Positions 12,344-25,067 of a stretch of 64,000 nt of DNA are shown piece by piece (position 1 is the stretch's first letter; each line of letters starts with the position of its first letter). A program made the position numbers and the translations under genes. The notes under the pieces are model-generated. The model made no database searches, was not told the DNA's origin, and saw nothing but the letters and a program-made list of their open reading frames with translations. Source of the DNA: Octopus sinensis (Eukaryota); the NCBI RefSeq assembly GCF_006345805.1, contig NC_043004.1:95542001-95606000 (forward strand), read 5' to 3'.

Positions 12344-12750
12344 ATATATATATATAAAATATGAAAATGGAACAAGAACGCAAAACATCCAGACAGTTAG
12401 GTGATACGAAAAAGGGACAACAAAAAATCTAGATAAAAACGATACAAACAAAACAAGGACGGATTATTCAGAGTTTTCTTTCCTCAGTTGAGTTTCAGAT
12501 TATCTTTGCAATTTTGGCTGGTTATACTCAAGATTGCTCCCATCAGGCCAGCCCCAAGGAAAAACTAAGCTAAGAGAACAAGATTCCTTTGAAGGAAACA
12601 GCGAATGTATATGAAAACAAGGACGGAAAAAAACAGAAAAATGGTACACAAATACAAATAACAGGACATTAACAACATTAACAGGTGTCTTTCGACTAAG
12701 GACAAATTCAATTAAGCTGGCGTGTGTGAAAGTAAAGCCTTACGGCAGGT
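12344..12750 (-). mobile_element. (TA)n-anchored short element, probably Penelope-derived
   Basis: Homologous in reverse orientation to about 55750-56000 (ggagcaatct..aga..aa..agcc.aaattgcaaagat). Confidence 0.55.
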
Positions 12751-13275
12751 ACATAAGATTTGATAGGCACAGGGAGGAGCATAGATGTTTCATGGATGGT
12801 AGTCAAACCAAGAAAGAAAGGTCAGGCTTGGCTGAACACCGGTCACATGGGGAGAGAAGAGAGAGAGGTAGAGGCAGAGGGATAGAAGAATTAATGAGGG
12901 ACGAGAAAAAATGAAAGGGACAGAGTGAAGTGAAAGTGGAGGGAAGGTGAGCATGAAGTGAATACCAATATCATTCCCAAGAAAATAATCTGAGGAAGTT
13001 AAAATGAAGTAATGCTAAGGCTTCATACAATAGGAAAAGTTTCACTTCACCTGATGGGAGAACTCACATCTCATGTAAAGGTAGAACTCATACATTTTCA
13101 GGAAGACTTTTCTTGTAGTGTCATCAGCATCAACCAAAAAGTGTGCAATATGTAAGGAATTTGTGGGATGATTTGATACAGAATACACCCATGCTGTGTG
13201 TATGTGTTGTGTGTGTGTGTCTCTCTCTCTCTCTCTCTCTCTGCTTATATGCATGTCCATACGTCTTTATACATT

Positions 13276-13673
13276 TACTCTTTACTCTTTACTCTTTTAC
13301 TTGTTTCAGTCATTTGACTGCGGCCATGCTGGAGCACCGCCCCTAGTCGAGCAAATCGACCCCGGGACTTATTCTTTGTAAGCCCAGTACTTATTCTATC
13401 GGTCTCTTTTGCCGGGGACGTAAACACACCAGCATCGGTTGTCAAGCAATGCTAGGGGGACAAACACAGACACACAAACACACACACATATACATATATA
13501 TACATATATACGACAGGCTTCTTTCAGTTTCCGTCTACCAAATCCACTCACAAGGCATTGGTCGGCCCGGGGCTATAGCAGAGGACACTTGCCCAAGATG
13601 CCACGCAGTGGGACTGAACCCGGAACCATGTGGTTGGTTAGCAAGCTACTTACCACACAGCCACTCCTGCACC
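13276..13673 (-). mobile_element. SINE family A
   Basis: Near-consensus copy. Confidence 0.93.
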
Positions 13674-14902
13674 TATATTTGTGCTTATATGTAACTGAAA
13701 GACGTATTTCTTAACCAGGCATATAACTTTACATGCTTCAGACAATGTTACATTATGAATCAATGTATAAAAACCTTGCAAGATCTATCCAATCTGTATA
13801 TATACACTCCATTATTCATATCCTCTACCTATATACACATACACACACATTCATATAAATATATACTTGTTTATGCACATATACACATATACACAAATAT
13901 ATATCATAGATATATGCATTATATGTGTGTGTATTACATGTATATAGTTATAGATAGGTGTGAGCGCACATACACACACAACACACAGACACACAGGCAC
14001 ACATACACACAAGCACATACACATGCATGCAAGCACACACACACACATATAAATATATATATTTTTATCACCTCATTACATGCATGTATTACATATACAT
14101 ATATCAAAACCAATCTAAGCCATGTTTTGAACTTCTCCACAGTAATGTTGCCTGTCTTTGAAAATATGTCCCCAACTCTCTCTTTCTCTCTCTCTGTCTC
14201 TCTCTCTCCCTCTCTCTCTCCCTTTCTGTCTTTCTTTTTCACAAAGTAATGAAATAAACCAGGACATATTATCTATTTGCTCGCAACTGATGCAACAGCC
14301 TCAACTTAATACAAGACATTAAAACTGCTTTAAATTCCATAGAGAAACCGTTAAACTACATTGCATGAAAATTTTCAATTAACAGAAGGTTTCAAAGTAA
14401 AATGGAAAACATTAAATACTAATACTAACAAATAAAATACTGAATAAATATAAAATAGATAAGAATCGAAATTTATGTGTGATTGTATTATAGTGATTCT
14501 GTTTAAATTTGAAGAAAACCTGTCGAAGCATAAGTGTATGATATGAGGTATGAGAATGTTGCACTGAAGAAAATATTTGTGTTAAGAAAATTTAGGTAAT
14601 ATGTTAATATTTCAAAAGTGTTTAGAAGTCTTCAGCTTCTAAAGAACTGTATCCATCTGCAGCTCATTTTTGATAAGGTCTTCTTTTCATCAGCTTCGTA
14701 GATTTAAATCAATCCAACGTTTCGACCTTTAACTCTTTAGCATTCAGGTTATTCTGGAAATGTAATGCTTAAAGATGAAACACATGGGATAGAGAGTCAC
14801 TGATGAGGTCACAGGCATTAGTGCAGCTAGAGTGTGTGCCATCTGGGGCAGCCCTTCCATTCGCCACCACTGGATCCTATTGCAAACACATATTGCCTAG
14901 AG

Positions 14903-15121
14903 CAGTGCTTTTCAAAATTTTTGCTGGAGCGGAACCCCAAAGAAACATTCCACTGGCTCGAGAAACCCCTGTGCAATAATGTAATAGTTTTATGCACACA
15001 TATCTGCACAGGAGAATTAAAAATTACGGCTGATTTTAACAGTGTTGTAACTTCTTGTGGAACTCCTGGACTGTACTGGTGGAACCCTAAGGTTCCGTGG
15101 AACCCTGGTTGAAAACCACTA
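14903..15121. mobile_element. hAT-Charlie-type MITE with 8-bp TSD
   Basis: TIRs cagtgcttttcaa / ttgaaaaccacta; perfect TSD gcctagag at 14895-14902 and 15122-15129. Confidence 0.88.
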
Positions 15122-15146
15122 GCCTAGAGTGATAGCCTACAACAGG

Positions 15147-15246
15147 ATGAAAAGTGCTGCCCGGGACATGAAAAGTGCTGCCTGGGCCATGAAAAGTGCT
15201 GCCCAGGGCATGAAAAGTGCTGCCTGGGGCAGGAAAAGTGCCGCCC
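15147..15246 (+). repeat. 21-bp minisatellite, about 5 units (atgaaaagtgctgcc...)
   Basis: Units start at 15147, 15168, 15189, 15210 and 15231. Confidence 0.92.
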
Positions 15247-15369
15247 CTAAAACCCATCCACCCAGCTACGCTAGTGGGTACAGAATGGGATGAAAGAGCT
15301 TTGACAAAGAAACGTAAATAATAATAATAAACCTGAAGTGAAGATCAAATATATAATGCATGTGTCACG

Positions 15370-15810
15370 TAACCGGCATCCATGCTGGTGGCATGTAAAA
15401 AGCACCTTTCGAGCAAGGTGGAAAGATGGCACCTCATGGAGGCAAGGTGGCCAATGTGGGTAGCATGTGAACAATAGCTTTCAAGTGTTGGGTCTCATGG
15501 AGGCAATGATGAATGACTGAGACCTTTGGCAATATGCTATGCTTGAGAAGAAGACCCATCAAAGCAAGTGAAATAAAAGTCTTGGCAGATACTGGTGCCA
15601 TGCAAATGGCACTTGTGTCAGTGGAACGTAAAAGCACTCATTACACTCTCAGAGTGGTTGGCATTAGGAAGGGCATCCAGCTGTAGAAACCATGCCAAAT
15701 CAGACTGGAGTCTGGTGCAGACTTCCAGCATGCTAGCCCTGGTCAAACCACCCAATCCATGCTAGCATGGACAACGGACATTAAATGATGATTATGATGA
15801 TGATGATGTG
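15370..15810 (+). mobile_element. SINE family C-related copy, diverged
   Basis: gtggca.gtaaaa motifs and a tail ending in (GAT)n. Confidence 0.75.
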
Positions 15811-15929
15811 CTTAATTGGCAAAATATGACCATCTCCAAGTATAACAATAATTCTTAATTATTCACATTGTTTTGTATTAGTCATGCATTTTCTCATAGC
15901 TTTGAGGTTTTGATGATGTGATTAATCTT

Positions 15930-16160
15930 TTATTCTTTTACTTGTTTCAGTCATTAGACTGCGGCAATGCTGGAGCACCACCTTAAAGGGATTTTCAGTA
16001 AGAGAAATCGACCCCAGGATTTATTCTTTGTAAGCTCAGTACTTATATTCTATTGATCTCTTCTGTCAAACCATTAAGTCACGGGTAACAGAAACATACC
16101 AGCATCGGTTATCAAGTGATAGTGGTGGGACAAATACAGACATACAAACACATAAATATA

Positions 16161-16195
<35 letters not shown>

Positions 16196-16196
16196 G

Positions 16197-16228
<32 letters not shown>

Positions 16229-16340
16229 TACATATATATATATACACACACATATATATATATATATAGACACTGGGCTTCTTTCAGTTTCTGTCTACCA
16301 AATCCACTCATAAGGCTTTGGTTTGCTTGAGGCTATAGTA
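15930..16340 (-). mobile_element. SINE family A, partial, running into a CA/TA array that extends to about 16660
   Basis: 3' half of the A consensus. Confidence 0.8.
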
Positions 16341-16624
16341 GAAGACACATGCACACATACACACATGCACATACATACATACACACATACACACAAACAC
16401 AAGCACACACATACACACACATATGCACACATACACATGTACACACAAACACAAGTGCACACACGCACATGCACACACATACATACAAAGACATGCACAC
16501 ACACAAACACACACACACACATGCACACATACACATGTACACACAAGCACAAGCACACACACACACGCACACACATACACACATACATACAAACACATGC
16601 GCACACACAAACACACAAACACAC

Positions 16625-16662
<38 letters not shown>

Positions 16663-17057
16663 GTTAAGGACAACAGGTCAATAAGTAAGTAAATAGAATA
16701 ATATTAATAATAATAGCAACAACTACAACAACTACAACAACAACAAGCAGTGGAATGTATACATAAGAGGTAAAACTGGACAAATAAACAATAAAATGTA
16801 CTAAGATAACCATTAACTTGAAATAGCAAAGCTTCAAGATGATGTTTCTCTGACTGATATTTGAAATATAACAATAGGTCTTTGCGTAAAATTTCAATGG
16901 GAAATTTTTCATTATTCTCAATTTGAACTCTTTAAAACGAGAGCTTTTTTTTTATCAAATAACTAATTACAAACATCTCAACTAAGTTGATATCAAAATG
17001 CTGATGAATGGATAATAGAACTCTACTCAGTGAAGACCTTCAGTATAAAATTATCTA

Positions 17058-17960
17058 TTGGGTTGTCCGGAAAGTTCGTGCAGATTTATAACAGCTTACA
17101 TTTCGATTTCAAAATCAAAATCGATCAACATCAATGGAAATTGTAGCTGTGATACCAGTGCCAGTGGCACATAAGAGAACCATCCAAACGTGGCCGTTGC
17201 CAGCGCTGCCCCGACTGGCTTTTGTGCCAGTGGCACGTAAAAAGCACCATCCGATCGTGGCCATTGCCAACCTCGCCTGGCCTCCGTGCTGGTGGCATGT
17301 AAAAAGCACCATCTGATCGTGGCCGTTTGCCAGCCTCGTCTGGCACCTGTGCCGGTGGCACATAAAAAGCACCCACTACACTCATGGAGTGGTTGGCATT
17401 AGGAAGGGCATCCAGCCATAGGAACATTGCCAGATCAGACTGGGCCTGGTGCAGCCTTCTGGCTTCCCAGACCCCAGTTGCACCATTCAACCCATGCCAG
17501 CAAGGAAAGCAAATGCTAAACGATGATGATGATGGTTGAGTCCATAAAATAAGATTTGACTACATCATTTAGAGTGCAGTTTAAGCTATCTTTTCGTGGA
17601 AGAAGGTTTATGTTCCTATAACCTGTGTTAATTCTGTAACCCTTTAAAATGGAAGATAAGAAAGTTCATTTTCGGCACTTGATGCTTTGGGAACCAAACA
17701 AAAAATGCTGCAACTCAGCTGGGATGTGTTACCCCACCCTCCATATTCACCAGATATTGCTCCTTCGGATTTCCACTTATTCAGGTCTCTGCAGAATAGT
17801 CTTAATGGTAAAAATTTCAATTCCTTGGATGACATAAAAAGATACCTTGATGAATTCTTTGCCATGAAACCACCTCAGTTCTGGGAAGAGGCTATTTTCA
17901 AGTTAAAGGAAAGATGGAGACGCGTTGTGCAACAAAATGGTTCATATTTGGTTGGTTAAA
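17058..17960 (+). mobile_element. Internally deleted mariner transposon with a SINE C insert (about 17105-17533)
   Basis: TA-ttgggttgtccggaaagtt terminus; N-terminus MEDKKVHFRHLML fused to C-terminus WDVLPHPPYSPDIAPSDFHLFRSLQNSL. Confidence 0.88.
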
Positions 17961-18324
17961 AAAGGTAATGGCAAGTATTTATTGACTTTTTCTGTGTGTG
18001 TACCCTTATGTTGACATCATGTGATGGTTATAAACATGTCTGGCTATTGGGAAATATTGCTTTGTTTGGAAACAAGCAGTGGTTGGCAAGGGGAAGGGCA
18101 TCCAACAATAGAAGATCTGCCTTGATAAATTCCATCTGGCCCATGCAAGTAAGGAGAAGTGGACATTCAATGATTATGATGCTGATGATGATGTGTTGTC
18201 TTTAAATCTAATCATGTTATATTCTACATAAGTACAAGAGCTATTGATGTGCTTCATTCACATTGCCAGCTCAATGCTCAGTAATATTATGCAATACTAG
18301 AAATGTCAATATTTCAGATAAAAC

Positions 18325-18540
18325 AAGGTGGTGAGCTGGCAGAAACATTAGCATGCTGGGCGAAATGCTTAGCGGTAATTCACGTCTTTACTTTCTGAGT
18401 TCAAATACTGCCGAGGTCGACTTTGCCTTTCATTCTTTTAGGTCAATAAATTAAGTACCAGTTGCATACTGGGTCGATCTAATCAACTGGCCCCCTTCCT
18501 CCAAATTTCGGTCCTTGTGCCTAGCATAGAAAGGAATATT
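18325..18540 (+). mobile_element. SINE family B (short-tail variant)
   Basis: Head and central domain match B; a second degraded copy follows to about 18700. Confidence 0.82.
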
Positions 18541-18961
18541 TCAGATAGAACCAAGACGGCAAGTTGATAGAATCATTAGCAATCCAGGGAGAACGATGGC
18601 ATTACATCTGTCTTTATGTTCTGAGTTCAAATTCCACCATGGCCAACTTTGCCTCTCATCCTTTCAGGGTCAAGTGCCAAAATTTGAAACCAATATCTCA
18701 GACAGAACTCAGTCAATTCATAGTTGTAGGATTGTATTATTGCAAGACAGCTGAAATTCTATTTTGAGCATAATAACATTCAAAGCCATCTTTCTATTAT
18801 AAATGTTTAAACAGGATAAGTGGTAAGAAGCTAGATTCCCAAACACATGGTTTTGGGTTCAGTGCCACTGCATCATACTTTGGGCTAGTGTCTGCTACTG
18901 TAGTACAGGACTGGCTAAAGTCATGTGCATGGATATGGAAGACAGAAACTAAAAGAAGACC

Positions 18962-19140
18962 ATGGGCAAATGGCGTAGTGGTTAAGAGTGCAGGCTACTA
19001 ACTCCAAGATTCCGAGTTCAATTCCAGGCAGTGACCTGAATAATAATAATAATAATGATAATGATGATAACATCGAAAAATACCTTAGGAATGAGAACCC
19101 AAGATGAGGACAACTATCATCAAATGTAAATAATGTAAAT
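18962..19140 (+). mobile_element. tRNA-derived SINE-like element (family G), single copy in window
   Basis: A box TGGCGTAGTGG, B box GAGTTCAATTCC, internal (AAT)n. Confidence 0.6.
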
Positions 19141-19327
19141 AACAGTTACATTTCTATTAGAATACTTATTATAAAAGAAATATTTTGTGTGTAACTTCTT
19201 CCCAAAAATGGTTAGTGACATCCTGATAAAAGATTTTATAACATTTTTTTTTAATAATTCTTTTTAAAAAATCACCTTTACACTTCAAAACTGTATTAAG
19301 TAATTCTCATAGACTTTCAAATATATA

Positions 19328-19968
19328 TGTTAGTTAGTTAAGTTAGTTAGTTAGTTAGTTAATTTTTTGGCTCAAAAAGCAAAAAGCAAGGCCATGTAGG
19401 GGGACATGGAGTTATGTACAGGGTGGTGTTCATGTAAAGAGTTCAGGCCACTTGAGGTCAAGGGAGACTTTGAACCGAGCGGTCGTCGGCATCTTCACCA
19501 TCTTGTCTGGCAGCTTATTCCACGGATCCGCAACCCGGACGGAGAAAGCCCCTCTCCTTCGATTGAGATGAAATCGTCGCAGATAGAGCTTTTCGGAATG
19601 ACCCTGCAGCCGACGCTCTGGAGCAGGAGTGAAGAACAGCTCTTTCGAGAGGTTACATTTTCCGCTTATGATGTTGTGAGCAAGAATGAGATCTCCACAG
19701 CGTCGTCGTTTTTCTAGAGAATAAAGGTTGAGCGTCTTCAGCCTTTCTTCATAAGACAAATTCTTGAGACCAAGAACCATGCGGGTAGCCAGCTTCTGGA
19801 CTCTTTAGAGATGCTGTATGTCTTTGAGGAGATAAGAAGAAGAGGCTTGAATCCCGTACTCCAATATGGGTCTCACCAGCGTGACATAGAGCGGTAGGAA
19901 TATGGCTGCTGTGAGCATTCCGAATGACCGTCGAATCAAGAACAGAATTCCGCATGCTTTGTTGGCAG
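19328..19968 (-). mobile_element. CR1-clade LINE 3' end with (TAAC)n tail
   Basis: LYVTLVRPILEYG...RVQKLATRMVLGLKNLSYEERLKTLNLYSLEKRRRCGDLI...FSVRVADPWNKLP. Confidence 0.92.
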
Positions 19969-19978
19969 CATATATATA

Positions 19979-21238
19979 CAGGGTGTGTAAGATATTTGAG
20001 TACAAATTTATGTTTATAAAAAAAAAATATATACAGTAACAGATAATAATTTTATTTATCAAAAAATGATATGAGAAAAAAATAAACCTTCTTTTCTTTA
20101 ATGTTGTTTAATAAAACCACCTCAGCTTCAACAACTGCTTCTATATAAGATCTAAATTATCTACATGCTCAAATCAAGTGGTTTGGCTCATTTTGGACAT
20201 TACTCTGGGTATGGTAGCTTTCAAAGCATCTTTGGAGTTATAGGCGTGTTCATTGACCTCTCTCTCAACAAGGCTCCACATGTAATAGTCCAATGGATTG
20301 AGATCTGGGGAATTAGGAGGCCAAATGTTAGGGGTTATGTGATCATGAAAATTTTCAGTCATCCATTCCTGTGTTACTAGAGCCATGTGTAATAGTGCAG
20401 AGTCGTACTGAACACATATGGCCTTCCATTGCATACACTGTCTATCCAGGGCTTAACAATTATTTCCAAGACCTCAATGTAGGCAGTAGAGTTAACTCGA
20501 AGGCCTTGTGGAAAGAAATAATGAGGCTTCACATGTCCTTCATTGCTGACAACCCCTAAAACCATGACAGTTGCATGGAAATTTTTTATGCATAACACTT
20601 GGAGATTCAGTAGGGTCTGCACATAACCATCTGTCATTTCTTCTATTAAATTTTTGATCGTGGTTAAAGTTTTTCTTGTTTGAGAAAAAACAAATTAAAT
20701 CTTCTACTGGAGTTTTCAATTTATTTAAGAGCCTTTTAGATTTGATGTAGTGATTTTCTTTTGCTCATTCTGACAAATTGACCTTTCCTCATCATATAAA
20801 ACTTATATCTGATGTCTTCATCGACAACATTTCTGACTGTTCTTTCTGATACATAGAGATCTTTAGCAATTGACCTCATAGACTTTCTAGGATTGTAAAC
20901 AATGGTCTGTTGAACTTGCTGGATAAATTCAGGTTTTCTGATGATTTCAGAGTGTTTAGAATGCGTTTTATGTTTTGATACTGGTGATACATTTCCATCT
21001 TTAGTCTTTAGCTCCTTACAAACTTTGTAGATGAAAGATCTGGCAACTTTTAAAAATCGAAATATTTCTAAATCCCTTTGCTCAGCCTTTATAACCAAAA
21101 TAACAGCATGCCACTTCATTTCTTGAGTAAGCTAAGGGTCTGCCATTATTAGTTTCTGAAACAAAAATTATACAGAGTTAGCAAAATATGCAGCAATGAC
21201 CCCAAAAAGGTATGTCCTCGAATACCTTATGTACCCTG
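19979..21238 (-). mobile_element. DD37D (maT-type) Tc1/mariner transposon, decayed but full span
   Basis: TIRs cagggtgtgtaagatatttgag and (rc) cagggtacataaggtattcgag with TA flanks; YDSA...WPPNSPDLNPLDYY has 37 residues between the last two catalytic Asp. Confidence 0.9.
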
Positions 21239-21924
21239 TATATAAATATGAGAAAAAGAGAGCGAGAGAGAGAGAGAGAGAGAGTGCGTGTGTGTGTGTG
21301 AAATTGTGTCCGTGTTTGTACCCTACCTTCATTTGACAATCAGTGCTAGTGTGTTTATATCCCTGTAACTTAGCGGTTTGGCAAAAGAGAGACTGATAGA
21401 ATAAGTACCAGGCTTAAAAAATAATAGCTTGAAGATGCTGCCCCAGCATGGCCACAGTCTGATAACTGAAACAAATAAAAGATGAAAGATCCAATCTCAA
21501 CACGCACAACACATTCACACACACACACACACACGCACAAACACACACACACACACACACACATACACACACATACATAAACACACAGACACACATGTAA
21601 ACACATACATAAACGCACAAAATATCTACAACCGTTATTGTTTCTTTCAGCTTCCGGCTCTGAGCAGTTCAAAACAACTGCAGTTAATCTATAAAGGATC
21701 AGAACTGGTTTGCATCTGGTGTGCAGTGATTGACATGTTTTTAAGGAGAGAAGGAATGGATATTTAGGGGATGTCGGAGTTGATTGGAGAAGAAACTGAA
21801 AGGATGCTGTCATTACAGCCAAATATGACAAGGGACAGGAAACTTTGAGTCTAAATGATTAGATATGAGCACAACCGATAGGAAGGACTTTGACAGTGAG
21901 TTTTTGCATGCCTCATTCTATGTT

Positions 21925-22500
21925 ATTGTTACTGTTACTGTTGCTACTGGTGGTGGAGATGGTGGTGGTGGCGGTGGTGATGGTGGTGGTGGTGGTGGCG
22001 GCAGTGGTGGTGGTGGTGGTGGTTATGGTGCTGGAAACAACAACAAAAAATTGGTGGGAGGTAGGGGGTAACAGGTAGCAGTGGTGGTGATTGTGAAGGT
22101 GGTTTGGGCAGTGGTAGTGCTCGTGGTGGTGGTGGTGGTAGTACTGTTGATAGCAATGGTGGTGATGGTGGTGGTGGTGGTGGGTGAGGTGGCAGTGGTG
22201 GTGGTGGTGGGTGAGGTGGCAGTGGTGGCAGTAGCAACGGTGATGGTTATGATGGTAGTTGTAGTAGTGGTGGTGATGGTTGTGGTTGTAATGGTGGTGG
22301 AGGTAGTGGTGGTGGTGATGGTGGTGGTTGTGGTTGTGTTGTTGTTGTTGGTAGTGGTAACAGTGGTGATGGTGGTGGTGGTGTGGTGGTGGTGGTGGTG
22401 GTGGTGGTGGTGGTAATGATGGTGGTGGTAGTGGTGGTGGTTGTGGTGGCGGCGGCGGCGGCGGCGGTGGTTGTGGCAGCAGTGGTGGTGGTGGTGGTGG
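21925..22500. repeat. (GGT)n-rich tract
   Basis: Seen directly. Confidence 0.95.
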
Positions 22501-23079
22501 TGGCAGCATCAGCATTGTTGGTACTGATATGTAGCTACTATTGATTTTGCCGTAGCTAATCTTGTTCTTGCTGCAAATCTTCACATTTATTAATGGTTTA
22601 GCTCCAGCTGTCACCCTCCTGTTGGAGTTGGTAGCATTTATGGGGGGCTGTGAGTGGTGGCTGTTAAATTAACTGGTGGGGTTTTGATTAAAATTGGGAT
22701 TTATTGCTTTAATTTTCATCCCTTTATTGAATGAAATTGCAAACAATAACAATAGCAACGACAACAACAACAACAACAACAACAGCAGCAACAAAAACAA
22801 GGATGAGGATGCCAACGAGAATGACAGCAATTACTGCAGTAGCAATGACAACTACTACAACAACAACAACAATGTGATTTAACCACCATCACCATCACAA
22901 CCAGCGTTACTATCGCCAGCAAAGACACCACCAAAAACAACAGCCACAACAACAACAACCACCACCACCACCTTCTCCCCCATTACCACCACCCTCTCCA
23001 CCACCACCACTACCACTACCACCATCACTACCACTATTAGCTACACTGTTACTACTAATATTATAGTGTTAATCAAGGT

Positions 23080-23505
23080 GGGGATCAGACAAAATGCTTG
23101 CTTTGTGGCATTTCATCCATCTTCAAGGTTCTGTGTTCAAATTCTGCCAAGGCTGACTTTGCCTTTCATCCTTCTCAGGGTCGATAAAATAAGTACCAGT
23201 TGAATACTGGGGTTGATGTAATCAACTTACCCCTCCCCCGAAATTGCTGGCCTTGTGCCAAAATTTGAAATCTTTTATATTCATAGAAGGCAGCTAGCTG
23301 GTAGTCATTAAGCATCCCGGGCAAAATTCTTGCTTAACGGCATTTCGTCCATCTTCAAGGTTCTGAGTTCAAATTCTGCCAAAGTTAACATTGACTTTCC
23401 TCCTTTCAGGATCAATAAAATAAAATAAAACACTGGGGTTGATAAGTAATCAACTTACCACTTCCCCTGAAATTGCTGGCCTTGTGCCAAAATTGGAAAT
23501 CAATA
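23080..23505 (+). mobile_element. Two tandem SINE B (short-tail) copies
   Basis: Each has a gttcaaattctgccaa head and tail gaaattgctggccttgtgccaaaatt.gaaa. Confidence 0.8.
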
Positions 23506-24483
23506 TTATAGCATTATCCACCATGGAAACCATTACCAATAACGCAGTCATTACTACCACAACCACCATCTAATGGTAAAATAAGCAGCTTCATCACCAC
23601 TGCCATCATCATCGTCATCACCATCATCAACACCAGTAGCATTGACATCATCATCGTTGCTGCTGATTTCATCATCATCATCAATTATATGATGATTATT
23701 AATGACAGTGCTATGAGGCAATGAGAAAGCCTGTACATGGTCATTAACTCGGCAAGAAATAGCAACCAATTTTCCCCTCAGAAAAAAACAACCTTGATGT
23801 CTTAAACAATAAGAAGGACACATTGCATAATGTAGCCCTAAATAAACTGTGTCTAAATAACAGTTGGCCTGGTTATAGCTCGGTTAAGACTTTTGGTCAT
23901 AGGTACACAACTGGTACCTAATTTATCGACCTCGAAAGGATGAAAGGCAAAGTCAACCTCAGCGGAATATTAACTCAGAACATAAAAACAGACGAAATAT
24001 CGCTAAGCATTTCATCCAGCGTGCTAACGTTTCTGCCAGATCACCACCTTTACACTATGTGTAAATTAAGAGACTAAGATTGAACTATACTGTTGTCAGT
24101 TTTTGTATTATCATCAAAGACATTTGGGGTAGTCTCCTAATTAATGTATCAATTTCAGAGAATGGTAACATATATATTGGCAATATTATTTAGAGCACTG
24201 GAAAAAATGCCTTGTGGTCTTTGTCTTGACTCTTTATATACTAAGTTCAAATCCTGCTAAGGTCACTCTGCTTTTCATCATTCCAGGTCTGTAAAGAAAG
24301 TATCAGTCAGATATTGGGGTCAGTTTAATCGACTGGTTGCCTGCCTAAATTCCTAGCTCTGCACTGATATTACAAATTGTTATTCTTCATTTTACAGTAA
24401 CAAAGGTGAGAATCCAGTTTAGAACCATGTATACAGGAATAAAATACCCATTGATGATTAGATATTGAATTTATTGAAAGGTA

Positions 24484-24890
24484 GGCGCAGGAGTGGCTGT
24501 GTGGTAAGTAGTTTGCTAACCAACCACATGGTTCTGGGTTCAGTCCCACTGCGTGGCACCTTGGGCAAGTGTCTTCTGCTATAGCCCCAGGCCGACCAAT
24601 GCCTTGTGAGTGGATTTGGTAGACGGAAACTGAAAGAAGCCTGTCGTATATATGTATATATATATATATGTGTGTATGTTTGTGTGTTTGTCCCCCTAAC
24701 ATTGCTTGACAACCGATGCTGGTGTGTTTACGTCGCCGTCACTTAGCAGTTCAGCAAAAGAGACTGATAGAATAAGTACTGGGCTTACAAAGAATAAGTC
24801 CCAGGGTTGATTTGCTTGACTAAAGGCGGTGCTCCAGCATGACCGCAGTCAAATGACTGAAACAAGTAAAGGAGTAAAGAGTAAAGAGTA
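24484..24890 (+). mobile_element. SINE family A
   Basis: Near-consensus copy. Confidence 0.93.
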
Positions 24891-25067
24891 GTGTTGATAT
24901 ATTGTGAATGTACTCTCCGATGATAAGACTCAGCACCTGGAAATTTTTAATTATTAAAAAAGAATGTTTGAAAGAATTCAGTAAAGGAGCTGGCAGAGAT
25001 GAGACACATACACATAAAGCATGATTGGAAAAGACAGAAAGAAGGGAGTGTTTGTGTGTACGTGTAA

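Larger units (their letters stand above)
14818..15276. mobile_element. Probable hAT (Tip100-like) MITE remnant hosting a nested MITE
   Basis: Left end tagtgcagctag and right end cagctacgctagtg resemble CAGTGGCGTAGC-type TIRs; no TSD found. Confidence 0.4.

Noticed and set aside
13439-13714. Recurrent ORF MSSNARGTNTDTQ...WSARGYSRRHLPK, seen in many copies
   Set aside because: It is the antisense read-through of SINE A, with variable frameshifts between copies.
24371-24412. 8-nt microexon taacaaag between AG and GTGAGA
   Set aside because: It is not frame-preserving and has no other support; such matches occur by chance.
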